64,000 bases of DNA from an uncultured Gammaproteobacteria bacterium (GCA_943789445.1 CALSUC010000002.1:460256-524255), one strand, 5' to 3'; shown: positions 19,734 through 30,161, numbered from the stretch's first letter. Notes: generated from the letters alone by a model not told the origin. Program-made: numbers and translations.

Positions 19734-19848
19734 TCTATATAGGGTCATTTAACGGTGCACTGATGTTGTATAACTAGATAGCGTTTAAGCCTTGTTCAAG
19801 CCTTGCTTGGGTGGTTGAATGCCTATCTGATTTTAATAAGGGATAGAA

Positions 19849-20211
19849 ATGAAAGCTTTATTACTCGTGGCACATGGAAGTCGTCGAACAGTATCTAATA
19901 TTGAAATTGCGGTCGTTGCCACTTCACTTAGAAAGCAAGTGGGTGATGATTTTGCACTTACTAGGCATGCCTTTTTGGAGATTGCACAGCCTTCTATTCC
20001 TGATGCCATCGATGAATTAATTGCCGATGGCGCCGATGATATTACCGTGTTGTGTTACTTCCTATCTGCGGGAAGGCATGTGCGTGAAGATGTCCCAGCC
20101 TTTGTTGAGGACAAGCGAAAACAGTATCCAGAGGTTAAGCTTTCCTTAGCCCCTTACCTTGGGCAGGCACCAGACTTGATTGGGGTCTTGCATCATCTGG
20201 CTAAAATTTAG
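19849..20211 (+). CDS. CbiX/SirB short-form chelatase-family protein
   Basis: LVAHGSRR, AFLE...PSI, YFLSAGRHVREDVP. Confidence 0.88.
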   Translation: MKALLLVAHGSRRTVSNIEIAVVATSLRKQVGDDFALTRHAFLEIAQPSIPDAIDELIADGADDITVLCYFLSAGRHVREDVPAFVEDKRKQYPEVKLSLAPYLGQAPDLIGVLHHLAKI

Positions 20212-20217
20212 ACTGGT

Positions 20218-20919
20218 TTAACTTAAAAGGTCCTCTACCTTTACCGGCTGGTAAGGTGTAGAGCGGATCTTATCGTGTCTATCCATGCGATAGTCGATGA
20301 AGCCTTCACTATCTGAAAAATGTAGGAAAGGATTACCTTCAATCTGATCTTCGATGCTGGAGCAGCTCGTGCAGGAATAATTATGGCCGGGGTGTAATTG
20401 CATCTTTCCAGGTAGCTCGTGCTTCATTTTTTGTAAGGTCTGAAACATATCTTCTGGATTACCGCCGTCTAAATCGCAGCGTCCACAGCCAAAAACAAAG
20501 AGGGTGTCACCAGTAATGATGTCGTCCTGCAACTGATAGCAGGCCGAGCCTGGTGTGTGTCCAGGGGTGTGTAAGATATTAAGTGCTGTGCGTCCTAACC
20601 GGATTTGATCCCCACCAACATGGAGATTAGGGCGTTGTAATTCTGTCTGCCAAAAATCAGCCTCAGCCTTGAGTAGGTGCAGTTCTGGATCATACTGCTG
20701 CAAGATATCTTCGACCCCATTGATGTGGTCATGATGGCTATGAGTAAGCAAGATGTCGCTAATATTGAGCTCATGCTTGCTGACATAGTCATGAATAGGC
20801 TGCATATCCCACGCCGGATCGACAATAGCAGTACGTTTGCTGTCACGATCAATGATCAAGTAAACAAAGTTTTGCATGGGCCCAAGTTCCATGCTGACGA
20901 TTTCATAGGGTTTATTCAT
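20218..20919 (-). CDS. MBL-fold metallohydrolase (glyoxalase II / persulfide dioxygenase-like)
   Basis: THSHHDH, HTPGHT, TGDTLF, GCGR, HPGH. Confidence 0.88.
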   Translation of the reverse strand: MNKPYEIVSMELGPMQNFVYLIIDRDSKRTAIVDPAWDMQPIHDYVSKHELNISDILLTHSHHDHINGVEDILQQYDPELHLLKAEADFWQTELQRPNLHVGGDQIRLGRTALNILHTPGHTPGSACYQLQDDIITGDTLFVFGCGRCDLDGGNPEDMFQTLQKMKHELPGKMQLHPGHNYSCTSCSSIEDQIEGNPFLHFSDSEGFIDYRMDRHDKIRSTPYQPVKVEDLLS

Positions 20920-20973
20920 AACAGTTTCTCCAACGGCTTGTAATACTAGCGAGGGAATTGCATATTTCCAAGT

Positions 20974-21525
20974 ATGACGACGGATAAAACCACAACAACT
21001 TTGGATGATTTTATAAGCGAAGATTTATTTTGCTTATCAATCGGTTTAAACCCATCTATTCCTTCGGTAAAGGCAGGCTATTATTTTGCTAATCCAAGGA
21101 ATCGCTTTTGGTCTGCACTGAATGCGGCCAATCTATTTCCAGAAGTGCTTGATCGTTCGATAGAAAGTCAGCGACGTTTGCATACACAGTACAGGATCGG
21201 CTTCACCGATGTGGTAAAACGTCCTAGTCGTATGGGGCATGAGCTTAATGCAGCTGATTTTCGGCGCGATGCACCGCTACTGAGAGATAAGATAGAGCGC
21301 TATCAACCCGGTTTACTCTGGTTTCACGGTAAGATCGCAGTGACTAAATTCTTCTACTATGCCTATGGCTTAAAGCAGGGGTGGGACTGGGGTGTATGTT
21401 CTGTCTCTGAGCTGACCATGCCAGTTTTGATTACGCCTAACCCAAGCCCAGCGAATGCAGCGTATAGCGTGCAAAATATCACGCAGCAGTACCAAGCCTT
21501 AACTCCATATTTGGTAGCTGATTAG
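20974..21525 (+). CDS. mug: Mismatch-specific uracil-DNA glycosylase (Mug/TDG family)
   Basis: GLNPS, FANPRNRFW, PNPSPANA. Confidence 0.85.
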   Translation: MTTDKTTTTLDDFISEDLFCLSIGLNPSIPSVKAGYYFANPRNRFWSALNAANLFPEVLDRSIESQRRLHTQYRIGFTDVVKRPSRMGHELNAADFRRDAPLLRDKIERYQPGLLWFHGKIAVTKFFYYAYGLKQGWDWGVCSVSELTMPVLITPNPSPANAAYSVQNITQQYQALTPYLVAD

Positions 21526-21676
21526 CATGAAATATGAAGATATCTGCACAGTGGCTACTGTTATAATGCGACATTGCTTAAGACTTTTTCATAGCCAGTT
21601 TTCTATCGCATGAGTTTTTATGTAAAGACTTCATGTCAGGATTTAGATGCGCATCAGTGCATAGAGAGAATTTAGA

Positions 21677-22183
21677 ATGATGATGACTTATCGCCGGTAT
21701 CACTTATTGCTTGTGTTGTTAGTTTTGGCGGCACTCGCGTTTGCTGTGTTTTATCTTGAGGGTGCGCTCTATCTCGATCCATGTCCTCTATGTTTGGTCG
21801 ATAGGGCGTTATTACTGTTGCTCGCAGCAGTGAGTGTGATGGCCTGGTTACAGCATCCGCAAGGAATAGGACGGACCATCTATGCGGTGCTATCAGGAAT
21901 GATTGCCAGCACCGGTGTGGTGGTTGCATTACGACATATTTGGCTGCAGGGTCTACCACCTGATCAGGTGCCAGAATGTGGCCCTGGCCTCTATTTCATG
22001 TTGGATGTGATGCCCTTAGGAGATGTCTTTGGCCGCGTATTTAATGGTTCAGGTAGCTGTGCTGAAGTCAGCTGGACCTTCTTGGGCTTGTCTATTCCTG
22101 AGCAAACTTTAGGTTTATTTGTACTATTATTGCTGATTAATGTGTTGGCAAGTCGTTTGCCTCGAAACCCCAATAAAGTATAA
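21677..22183 (+). CDS. dsbB: Disulfide bond formation protein DsbB
   Basis: PCPLC...R, VPECGP, GSCA, LGLSIP; four TM helices. Confidence 0.92.
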   Translation: MMMTYRRYHLLLVLLVLAALAFAVFYLEGALYLDPCPLCLVDRALLLLLAAVSVMAWLQHPQGIGRTIYAVLSGMIASTGVVVALRHIWLQGLPPDQVPECGPGLYFMLDVMPLGDVFGRVFNGSGSCAEVSWTFLGLSIPEQTLGLFVLLLLINVLASRLPRNPNKV

Positions 22184-22262
22184 AGCGTAGATGCCTGAGA
22201 CAGGTATCCGCGATATAATTGCCTACTTTTCGCCCAACATACCCCCATAAAGCGTAAATCGT

Positions 22263-23411
22263 ATGACCGAAAACATTGCTGCAAACGCATCACATAGAAT
22301 CCCACCTGCCAGTAAACTGGTCACCTTAGTCGGCGACTATGGTACGGCTGATTTTAAGCTACACCGTGGTGGTGTGTTGCAAGAGGTGGTGGTTGCCTAT
22401 GAATCATGGGGCTCGTTGTCAGATAATCACGATAATGTCATTTTAGTTTTTGGTGGTCTTTCACCATCAGCGCATGCAGCATCATCGCCTGAAGATCCAA
22501 GTCGTGGCTGGTGGGAATTTATGATTGGTCCAGGTAAGCCAATCGATACCGATCGTTTTTATGTGGTCTGTGTTAATTCCTTTGGTAGTTGCTTTGGCTC
22601 AACGAATCCCTCTTCAATCAATCCAGAAACGGGGAAAGCCTATGGTTTGGATTTTCCTGATGTCAGTATTGAAGATATTGCTAAATCAGCGCATCACGCC
22701 TTACAAGACCTAGGCATCGATCATCTACATGCCGTGGTCGGCGGTTCTATGGGCGGCATGTCATCGCTGGCTTATGCATTAATGTATCCCGACGAAGTCG
22801 ATCATCTGATATCTATTTCAGCAGCAGCCCGTGCGTTGCCTTTCACTATTGCCGTGCGTTCATTACAGCGTGAGATTATTCGCTGTGATCCAGGCTTTAA
22901 AAATGGTCAATATGATGCTGATGAAGAGCCGACGCATGGCATGATGCTAGCGCGTAAGTTGGGGCTGATGTCATACCGTGCATCTGAAGAGTGGCATCAA
23001 CGCTTTAACCGCGCACGTATTAGCCCTGATCGGAAATCTGATGAGCGCTTTGGTATTGAGTTCGAGGTGGAGTCCTATCTGGATTACAACGCAAAGAAGT
23101 TTGTGCGTACTTTTGATGCCAATAGCTATCTCTATCTATCGCGTGCAATGGATTTGTTTGATGTCGCCGAGCATGGTGGCTCAGTCAATGCTGGTCTAGC
23201 TAAAATTCAGGCCAAGAGCAGCCTTATTATCGGTGTAGAGACTGATATTCTATTTCCAGTTCAGCAGCAAGAGGAATTAGCAGAAGGTATTCAAAGGGCA
23301 GGGCGAAAGGCTGAATATATCCAGTTGAACTCGATCAACGGGCATGACTCTTTCTTGGTTGATGAAGCTCACTTTGGGCCAGTAGTACGAAATTTCTTTG
23401 ATCAAACCTAA
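22263..23411 (+). CDS. metX: MetX-family O-acyltransferase, probably serine O-succinyl/acetyltransferase type
   Basis: GGSMGG nucleophile, TDILFP, GHDSFL; GLSPSAHA in place of canonical HAL(T/S)G. Confidence 0.85.
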   Translation: MTENIAANASHRIPPASKLVTLVGDYGTADFKLHRGGVLQEVVVAYESWGSLSDNHDNVILVFGGLSPSAHAASSPEDPSRGWWEFMIGPGKPIDTDRFYVVCVNSFGSCFGSTNPSSINPETGKAYGLDFPDVSIEDIAKSAHHALQDLGIDHLHAVVGGSMGGMSSLAYALMYPDEVDHLISISAAARALPFTIAVRSLQREIIRCDPGFKNGQYDADEEPTHGMMLARKLGLMSYRASEEWHQRFNRARISPDRKSDERFGIEFEVESYLDYNAKKFVRTFDANSYLYLSRAMDLFDVAEHGGSVNAGLAKIQAKSSLIIGVETDILFPVQQQEELAEGIQRAGRKAEYIQLNSINGHDSFLVDEAHFGPVVRNFFDQT

Positions 23412-23514
23412 GGTATAGAAAGGCTGATCGATAGGCTAAACATTCAGTTTCGAGCACAAGCTGTGCCCGAAACCGATGGTGTACTGCTAGGTCTTTCTTC
23501 TATGAGAGGCTATT

Positions 23515-24828
23515 TTATCGCTTATCAGTAGCGATGTAATCACGCTCAGCTGAACCTGTAAATAACTGGCGAGGACGACCGATACGATTAGTCGGATCAC
23601 TCATCATTTCCATCCAATGAGACAGCCAACCAACCGTACGTGCTAGAGCAAAGATTACGGTATACATGCTGCTAGGGATGTTCATAGCTTTGAAGATAAT
23701 GCCGGAGTAAAAATCTACATTCGGGTATAGCTTACGTTGAATGAAGTAGTCATCTTCCAAGGCGATTTTTTCTAGATCCATTGCAGTTTTGAGTAACGGC
23801 TGATTAGGGTTGTCTTCACCCATCTCGTTGAGAAGGTCATGACAGATCGTCTGAATTAGTTTGGCACGTGGATCGTAGTTCTTGTAGACACGATGGCCAA
23901 AGCCCATTAGGCGGAAGCGGTCGGTCTTGTCTTTAGCACGAGTAATATAGTGACTTAGCTCTTTGCCTGAAGAAACGATCTCATTCAACATGCTGATAAC
24001 AGCCTCATTAGCACCGCCGTGAGCTGGTCCCCAGAGTGAGCCAATACCTGCTGCTATAGCTGCATAAGGACTGGCTTCTGAACTACCGGTTAAGCGCACA
24101 GTAGAGGTTGATGCATTCTGCTCGTGGTCAGCATGTAGGATCAAGATCAGATCCATCGCACGTACCATTGTTTCAGATGGCGTGTAAGAGCCGTCTTTAG
24201 AGCCAAACATCATGCGTAGAAAGTCTTCGGTATAACCACTGTTTGGATCAGAGGGGAGGAATTCCTTTCCTTGCTGATGCTTGTAGGTCCAAGCGGCCAG
24301 GGTAGGCATCTTGGCAATCAATCGATGTGCTGCTAGACGACGGGCTTGATCATCGTGTACATCAACATCATCGTTATGTTTGGCTGCTAATGCACCGACT
24401 GCTGAAATCAGCATAGCCATTGGGTGCGCATCTTGTTGAAATGCTTGAAATAACAATGGCAGCTTGTCATCAACTGCTTTGTGTTCAGCAATAGTTGCCT
24501 TGTACTCGTCCAATTGAACGGCCGTTGGTAACTCACCATTCATGAGTAGGTAGCAAGTTTCTTCGTAGTTACTTTTTTGGGCTAACTGCTCAATAGGGTA
24601 GCCACGGTATGAAAGTCTACCTTCGTCACCATCGATGAAAGTAATCTTACTTTCACAGCTAGCGGTTGAAACAAAACCAGGATCAAAAGTGAAGTAACCA
24701 AGTTCGCGGTTTAAAGCGCGAATATCAAGTGTGCTAGCACCATCTGTAGGTACTAATACCGGCATTTCTACCTGCTTCCCGCTGGCATTGTCGGTAATGG
24801 TTACTGTATTTTTAGGGTTGTCAGACAC
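23515..24828 (-). CDS. gltA: Citrate synthase (likely GTG start at 24828 after AGGAGG)
   Basis: ITFIDGD, HADHEQNAST, WGPAHGGANE, MGFGHRVYK, YPNVDFYSG. Confidence 0.97.
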   Translation of the reverse strand: MSDNPKNTVTITDNASGKQVEMPVLVPTDGASTLDIRALNRELGYFTFDPGFVSTASCESKITFIDGDEGRLSYRGYPIEQLAQKSNYEETCYLLMNGELPTAVQLDEYKATIAEHKAVDDKLPLLFQAFQQDAHPMAMLISAVGALAAKHNDDVDVHDDQARRLAAHRLIAKMPTLAAWTYKHQQGKEFLPSDPNSGYTEDFLRMMFGSKDGSYTPSETMVRAMDLILILHADHEQNASTSTVRLTGSSEASPYAAIAAGIGSLWGPAHGGANEAVISMLNEIVSSGKELSHYITRAKDKTDRFRLMGFGHRVYKNYDPRAKLIQTICHDLLNEMGEDNPNQPLLKTAMDLEKIALEDDYFIQRKLYPNVDFYSGIIFKAMNIPSSMYTVIFALARTVGWLSHWMEMMSDPTNRIGRPRQLFTGSAERDYIATDKR

Positions 24829-24858
24829 GTCTGTCCTCCTGAATCTTCGTTCAATACG

Positions 24859-24901
24859 CTCCCTGTCCCAGGCTGATGAAGCATCAGCCTGGGACAGGGA
24901 G
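24859..24901. repeat. Perfect 20-bp inverted repeat upstream of gltA
   Basis: CTCCCTGTCCCAGGCTGATG-AAG-CATCAGCCTGGGACAGGGAG. Confidence 0.9.
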
Positions 24902-24943
24902 TGATCTGAAAGCATAAGCTTGTTAATCAAATATCACTATTGA

Positions 24944-24956
24944 AATCAATAGCTTG
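24944..24956. promoter_or_regulatory. IHF consensus match upstream of gltA
   Basis: AATCAATAGCTTG = WATCAANNNNTTR. Confidence 0.4.
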
Positions 24957-25150
24957 CGAATTTTTTTCTTGTAGCGGGTGTTGTTTAAAGGCATCTGAAT
25001 AATGCCTTAGCACCTACTTAGGGCCAGGGTTTTATCGGTGAATGTTCTACTCGAACAGACTAAATACCAGTCAGGCCAATCAGGTATTTTACCTCACTTC
25101 AGCAAATAAATAATAACCAAAATGGGCAGATAGGCAGAAATTATGCTGTT

Positions 25151-25684
25151 TTAAGGTCTAGCCAATATGATTTTGAGAATAAATTGGGCGATTTCCTCAG
25201 GATTGTTTAGATCTAGCTGAGGAATATCCCGTTCTACCTGCAGTTTTTCATCACTAGCAATCGCGATAACGTGATCATCTTTTTCGCAGAGTAGAGGCAA
25301 GCCTAGAGACGGACGATGTAACTCAATCTTACCAATAGGCTCTTTTTTAAACCCCTCGACCAAGATTAAATCAGCAGCGTCAAAATCCAACTGTTGGATC
25401 AGTTGATCTAAAGAGGCCTCATCTTGTTCACTTGCATGATCATGCATTAGCGCCCAGCGATTAGCCGAAGAGATTAACATTTGCTTGGCACCGGCTTGGC
25501 GCAAACGGTAACTGTCTTTGTTTGGATGGTCGATATCAAAGGCATGATGCGCATGCTTAATCATCGCAATACGGACACCGTTCGCCACTAATAGAGGGAT
25601 CAACTGGGTTAGCAAGGTCGTCTTACCAGTACCGCTAAAGGCACAAAATCCCAGAATAGGCAGTGGACAATCGTGATAACTCAT
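25151..25684 (-). CDS. mobB: Molybdopterin-guanine dinucleotide biosynthesis protein B
   Basis: SGTGKTT, IKHAHH, KDSYRL, LVEGFK. Confidence 0.95.
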   Translation of the reverse strand: MSYHDCPLPILGFCAFSGTGKTTLLTQLIPLLVANGVRIAMIKHAHHAFDIDHPNKDSYRLRQAGAKQMLISSANRWALMHDHASEQDEASLDQLIQQLDFDAADLILVEGFKKEPIGKIELHRPSLGLPLLCEKDDHVIAIASDEKLQVERDIPQLDLNNPEEIAQFILKIILARP

Positions 25685-25688
25685 AGGT

Positions 25689-26285
25689 TTAAGGCTTTAG
25701 TTGTTGGCCGAGGTTGGTTAAATCCTCGCGCGAATTTACATTGGTGAAGATGTCAGATCGATCTGAGAAATCACATTCTGCATAGCCTTCTTGCTGATAC
25801 CAAAGGTCAATTTTACGATCACCGCGGGCTAAGAAGTCTAACAGACTTGGTAGTAATGATTGATGCAGTAAGGCATATACCGGCTGTAGACGCTTGCCAT
25901 CACTAGCGACGCTAATCTGAGCGCCTTGTGCTACAGCACTTTGATGTAAGCGTTGTACATAGTCATTACAGAGTAGGGGGCCATCACAGGGTGCTGTCAC
26001 CATGTAGTCTGTTGAGCATTGCTTCAGGCCGCTAGCAAAACCGGCTAGAGGGCCTTGAAAATCACTTAATTCATCACGGATAACTGGGTGACCATAAGCT
26101 TGGTATTGGTCAACGCTGCGATTTGCATTGATGGCTACAGATTGAACCTGTGGTGCTAGTGATGCGAGTACGTACTCGATCATTGCTTGGCCATTAAGCA
26201 AGACTAATCCTTTGTCTTCGCCGCCCATACGCTGAGCACGACCACCCGCAAGAATCAGGCCTGAGATGTTATCATGTGGATACAT
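25689..26285 (-). CDS. mobA: Molybdenum cofactor guanylyltransferase
   Basis: LAGGRAQRMGGEDKG, GPLAG, PCDGP, NVN. Confidence 0.96.
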   Translation of the reverse strand: MYPHDNISGLILAGGRAQRMGGEDKGLVLLNGQAMIEYVLASLAPQVQSVAINANRSVDQYQAYGHPVIRDELSDFQGPLAGFASGLKQCSTDYMVTAPCDGPLLCNDYVQRLHQSAVAQGAQISVASDGKRLQPVYALLHQSLLPSLLDFLARGDRKIDLWYQQEGYAECDFSDRSDIFTNVNSREDLTNLGQQLKP

Positions 26286-26486
26286 AATGTTATTTTAACT
26301 GAATTAAGTGACGTGGCTGAAATCGCTGCACTCTACCACTATGAACGGGTAGTCCCAAGTGTATAGCGCTCTGATTTATTGGTGCCTAGTCTATCAGCTC
26401 TTAACTAAGGGACGATACGAGACTGAGGGGTGCCAATCAGAAGATTTCGCCAGTGTTCTAGCTAGATTTGTATAAGGAGATTTTAG

Positions 26487-26783
26487 ATGAGAGATAAAGA
26501 AATGACGACTACGGAAATTGAAGCCGCTGTTTTTAGGCGTTTAGTGTCCCATTTCCAGACGCATACAGACGTGCAAAATATTGATCTGATGAATTTGGCT
26601 GATTTCTGTCGCAACTGCCTTTCAAAGTGGTATGTCGCAGCGGCAGAAGATAAGGGGCTTGATATGGACTATGAGGCAGCGCGTGAGTTGGTTTATGGCA
26701 TGCCTTATTCCGACTGGAAAGAGAAATACCAAACGCCACCTACAAAAGAACAATTAGACAAATTTAATGCTCGTGGCAAGTAG
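26487..26783 (+). CDS. DUF1244 family protein
   Basis: EAAVFRRL, DVQNIDLMNLADFCRNCLSKWY, YGMPY..WK. Confidence 0.88.
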   Translation: MRDKEMTTTEIEAAVFRRLVSHFQTHTDVQNIDLMNLADFCRNCLSKWYVAAAEDKGLDMDYEAARELVYGMPYSDWKEKYQTPPTKEQLDKFNARGK

Positions 26784-26837
26784 CTGTTGCTTGCCGTAAG
26801 CTATTACTTGGTTTGTTAACTATTAGAAAATACCGCG

Positions 26838-27602
26838 ATGAGTGAGAGTGAGTTAAGCGATCAGCAGCTGTTGCGTTATAGTCGACAGATTATGTTGCCA
26901 CAGCTAGATGTGTCTGGGCAGCAGCGTCTATTAGATGCGCGTGTACTGATATTAGGTGCTGGTGGCTTAGGTTGTCCGTTAGCCCTATACCTAGCAAGCA
27001 GCGGTGTTGGACATATCACTATCGTTGATGATGATGTGGTTGAACTCTCTAATCTGCAGCGTCAAATTCTATATACCGACGCTGATGTTGGTCGACTTAA
27101 AGCTGAAGTGGTATGTGAACGTTTGGCGGTCGTTAATCCAGAGGTCACAGTAAATGCTATTTGTCAGCGGCCGAATTCAGAAGACTTGAGCCGCCTGATT
27201 AAGGAGGTCGACTTGGTCTTAGATGGTACCGATAACTTCACTTCTCGCTATCAGCATAACCGTGCATGTATAGCACTGAAAAAGCCGTTGTTGTCAGCCT
27301 CTGTTATCCGCTTTGAAGGCCAGTTAATGTACTTTCATCCGACTATGGATGGCCCTTGCTATGCCTGTCTTTATCCTTCAGCTAATGATGTGGATGAAAA
27401 CTGTAGTGAAAATGGTGTGTTAGCGCCGGTTGCAGGTGTTATGGCGACGGCAATGGCGACAGAGGCCTTAAAGCAACTTTTGAAAATAGGGGCTAGCAGT
27501 ATCGGCCGTCTGCATTTATTTGATGCGTTAGCCATGGAATGGCGCACAGTAAAGGTCAAGGCTGATCCTGAATGTTCTGATTGCGCCACATGCCGAATCT
27601 AA
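26838..27602 (+). CDS. moeB: Molybdopterin-synthase adenylyltransferase MoeB (ThiF/MoeB family)
   Basis: RYSRQI, GAGGLG, SNLQRQ, CYAC, C-terminal CxxC. Confidence 0.9.
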   Translation: MSESELSDQQLLRYSRQIMLPQLDVSGQQRLLDARVLILGAGGLGCPLALYLASSGVGHITIVDDDVVELSNLQRQILYTDADVGRLKAEVVCERLAVVNPEVTVNAICQRPNSEDLSRLIKEVDLVLDGTDNFTSRYQHNRACIALKKPLLSASVIRFEGQLMYFHPTMDGPCYACLYPSANDVDENCSENGVLAPVAGVMATAMATEALKQLLKIGASSIGRLHLFDALAMEWRTVKVKADPECSDCATCRI

Positions 27603-28945
27603 AGCTAAGTCGCTGGCATGACTATGTTTGGGCTAGCGAGCTCACTGCCGTAGGCCCACTCCAACAAATCTTAATCCGCTGCCTGCGTTTCTTGCAGACC
27701 TTGATGTTGGAACTATCCGATGGGCAGCTTAATTTGCGTGCCATGTCACTAGTTTTTACCACCATACTTTCTTTTGTGCCGCTATTAGCCGTGAGCTTTT
27801 CAGTGCTGAAAGCCTTTGGTGTGCATGGACAGATTGAGCCTTTGTTACTAGCTGTGTTTAGTCATTTAGGTGATCGTGGACCAGAAATTAGCGCGACGAT
27901 TATTGGCTTTGTCGATAATGTTCGAGTTGGCTTATTAGGTGCTGTAGGTATCGCATTCTTATTTTATTCAGTAATTTCTCTGCTACAGAAAATCGAAGAG
28001 GCCTTTAACTACACTTGGTATGTTGGGCGACTACGTGCCTTGAACGAACGCTTTAGTCGTTATCTCAGTGTGGTGTTGGTTGGCCCAGTATTAGTGTTTG
28101 CTGGTATCGCCTTGACGGCAAAACTATTGAACAACGAGGTGGCGCAAAGCGTTAATGATCTATCGGTCATGAAGGATATGCTACATATGTTAGCCAACGC
28201 CTTGCCTTATGTGTGTGTGATCTCTGCCTTTACCTTTGCCTATTATTTTGTACCAAACACTAAGGTTCAGTTTCGTGCTGCCTTAGTCGGGGGGGTAGTA
28301 GCGGGAGTTCTGTGGCAGTCGGTGGGCTGGATCTATGCGGTCTCTATTGCTAATGCCTCGGCACAAGTAGCGATCTATGCTGGCTTTGCAGTGCTTTTCT
28401 TCTTTATGTTCTGGCTTTATTTGAATTGGTTTGTGTTGCTTTTGGGTTCGAGTATTGCCTATCTTTATCAGCACCCAGAAAGACGTTATTTCGATGCCAA
28501 TGAGTTCCAAAGTAAAGATATCTACACTGAGGAATGTCTCAGCATGGATGTGCTGCTAATTATCGCGCAGCAATATTATCTGAAACAAGAGCCAGTGACT
28601 GAAACGCAATTGGCTGAACGTTGTCATTGCAGTTTACCCGCGTTGAGAGCAGTGCTTGCACAGTTGTTCGCACACCATTTCATTGTTCCCGTCGACACAC
28701 CTGGAGGGGGTTATGTTCCTGCCTTGCCAGCAGAAGATCTTAGTTTAGCTCAGGTATATTTGGCGATACGACACCGCAGACCAGCATCCGATAGGATTAA
28801 GGCGACTGCTGAAATGGATCCATCGCAGATGCATGTGATTGATCGGGTAGAGCAAATGGTAAGTAATGGCTTAGCGCAACAGACACTGAAAGATTTAATC
28901 TCTAGTGGCCAGCCAAATAGTGTTTCAACACTCTCCAGCAAATAA
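27581..28945 (+). CDS. YihY/BrkB membrane protein with C-terminal winged-helix extension
   Basis: RAMSLVFTTILSFVP, IEEAFN..W, PNTKV, WLYLNW..LLGS; Rrf2-like tail. Confidence 0.88.
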   Translation: MRHMPNLKLSRWHDYVWASELTAVGPLQQILIRCLRFLQTLMLELSDGQLNLRAMSLVFTTILSFVPLLAVSFSVLKAFGVHGQIEPLLLAVFSHLGDRGPEISATIIGFVDNVRVGLLGAVGIAFLFYSVISLLQKIEEAFNYTWYVGRLRALNERFSRYLSVVLVGPVLVFAGIALTAKLLNNEVAQSVNDLSVMKDMLHMLANALPYVCVISAFTFAYYFVPNTKVQFRAALVGGVVAGVLWQSVGWIYAVSIANASAQVAIYAGFAVLFFFMFWLYLNWFVLLLGSSIAYLYQHPERRYFDANEFQSKDIYTEECLSMDVLLIIAQQYYLKQEPVTETQLAERCHCSLPALRAVLAQLFAHHFIVPVDTPGGGYVPALPAEDLSLAQVYLAIRHRRPASDRIKATAEMDPSQMHVIDRVEQMVSNGLAQQTLKDLISSGQPNSVSTLSSK

Positions 28946-28958
28946 TTAAAAGACTAGT

Positions 28959-30161
28959 ATGAGCAACCTGCAAAACGAACCACATAAAATCATTCAGCTT
29001 GCCGAATGTAAGATTACCCTACTGGGCACAGCGCATGTTTCTAGGCAAAGTGTAGAGGCCGTTAAAGAGCAGATTGTTAGCGGTGACTATGATGCGGTTG
29101 CAATAGAGCTTTGTGATAGCCGTTATGCCTCGATGAATGATGCCAAAGGCTATGCGGAGATGGATTTATTCGCTGTTATTAAACAGGGGAAGGCGAGCAT
29201 GGTTGCCGCTAGCCTAGCCTTAGGTGCCTATCAACAACGCATAGCTGAACAATTTGATATCCAGCCCGGTGCAGAGATGAAGATAGCGAGTGAGTTAGCT
29301 CAGGCGCAAGCACTACCACTGTTGTTGATTGACCGTGATGTGGGTATTACTTTGAAAAAGGTCTATCGCAGCATCCCGTGGTGGCGAAAAATGACTGTAG
29401 TGTCAGGTTTGATTGCGAGTCTCTTCAGTCGTGAAAAAGTGTCTGAAGAAGAAATAGAACAGTTAAAACAAGGGGATATTCTTGAGAATGCATTTAGCCA
29501 ATTCTCAGAATCGGCCGATGATTTATTACAACCTTTAATCGCTGAACGTGATGAATATATGGCGGCTAAGATCTTGAGCGCTATTCAGTCGAATACATAT
29601 CAACATCTTTTGGTTGTGGTTGGGGCCGGTCATTTGGCCGGTCTTTTAGCACATCTGCAGCAGGGACTGAGTGCTCCTATGAGCCGTGTGCAAGAGTTGC
29701 AGCAGATACCGCCCAGTAATCGTATACTGCCCTATGTGCCGTGGTTGATTGTGTTATTAGTGATGATTGGTTTTGCTTTTGGCTTTAATAAAAGCTCGGA
29801 ATTAGGTTGGAGCTTAGTACTCGATTGGATCCTGATTAATGGTGGTTTATCGGCCGCTGGTACCCTGCTTGCAGGAGGGCATTTTTTGACTGTGGTGGTG
29901 GCATTTTTTGCAGCCCCATTAACATCATTGAATCCAGCAATTGGGGCAGGGGTGGTCACGGCTAGCGCTGAGATCTATCTACGTAAGCCAATGGTTCAAG
30001 ACTTCCAGCAGTTACGTAATGACAGTACTAGTTTTTCTGGTTGGCGTGGTAACCGAGTAGCCAGAGTAATACTGGTGTTTCTATTGAGCACGGTTGGTTC
30101 GGCCTTGGGTACCTACATTGCTGGGTTTCAAATCTTAGACAGTCTGTCTACCGCATACTAA
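28959..30161 (+). CDS. TraB/GumN (pheromone-shutdown TraB) family protein
   Basis: LGTAHVS, AIELC..R, PGAEM, LIDRD, ERDEYMA, VVGAGH. Confidence 0.9.
   Translation: MSNLQNEPHKIIQLAECKITLLGTAHVSRQSVEAVKEQIVSGDYDAVAIELCDSRYASMNDAKGYAEMDLFAVIKQGKASMVAASLALGAYQQRIAEQFDIQPGAEMKIASELAQAQALPLLLIDRDVGITLKKVYRSIPWWRKMTVVSGLIASLFSREKVSEEEIEQLKQGDILENAFSQFSESADDLLQPLIAERDEYMAAKILSAIQSNTYQHLLVVVGAGHLAGLLAHLQQGLSAPMSRVQELQQIPPSNRILPYVPWLIVLLVMIGFAFGFNKSSELGWSLVLDWILINGGLSAAGTLLAGGHFLTVVVAFFAAPLTSLNPAIGAGVVTASAEIYLRKPMVQDFQQLRNDSTSFSGWRGNRVARVILVFLLSTVGSALGTYIAGFQILDSLSTAY

Noticed and set aside
26286..26486. Possible Moco or TPP riboswitch between mobA and DUF1244
   Set aside because: Could not match the conserved cores by eye; an Infernal/Rfam scan would settle it
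28959..30161. TraB as a conjugation gene
   Set aside because: It belongs to the TraB/GumN family, not F-plasmid TraB; no transfer genes nearby
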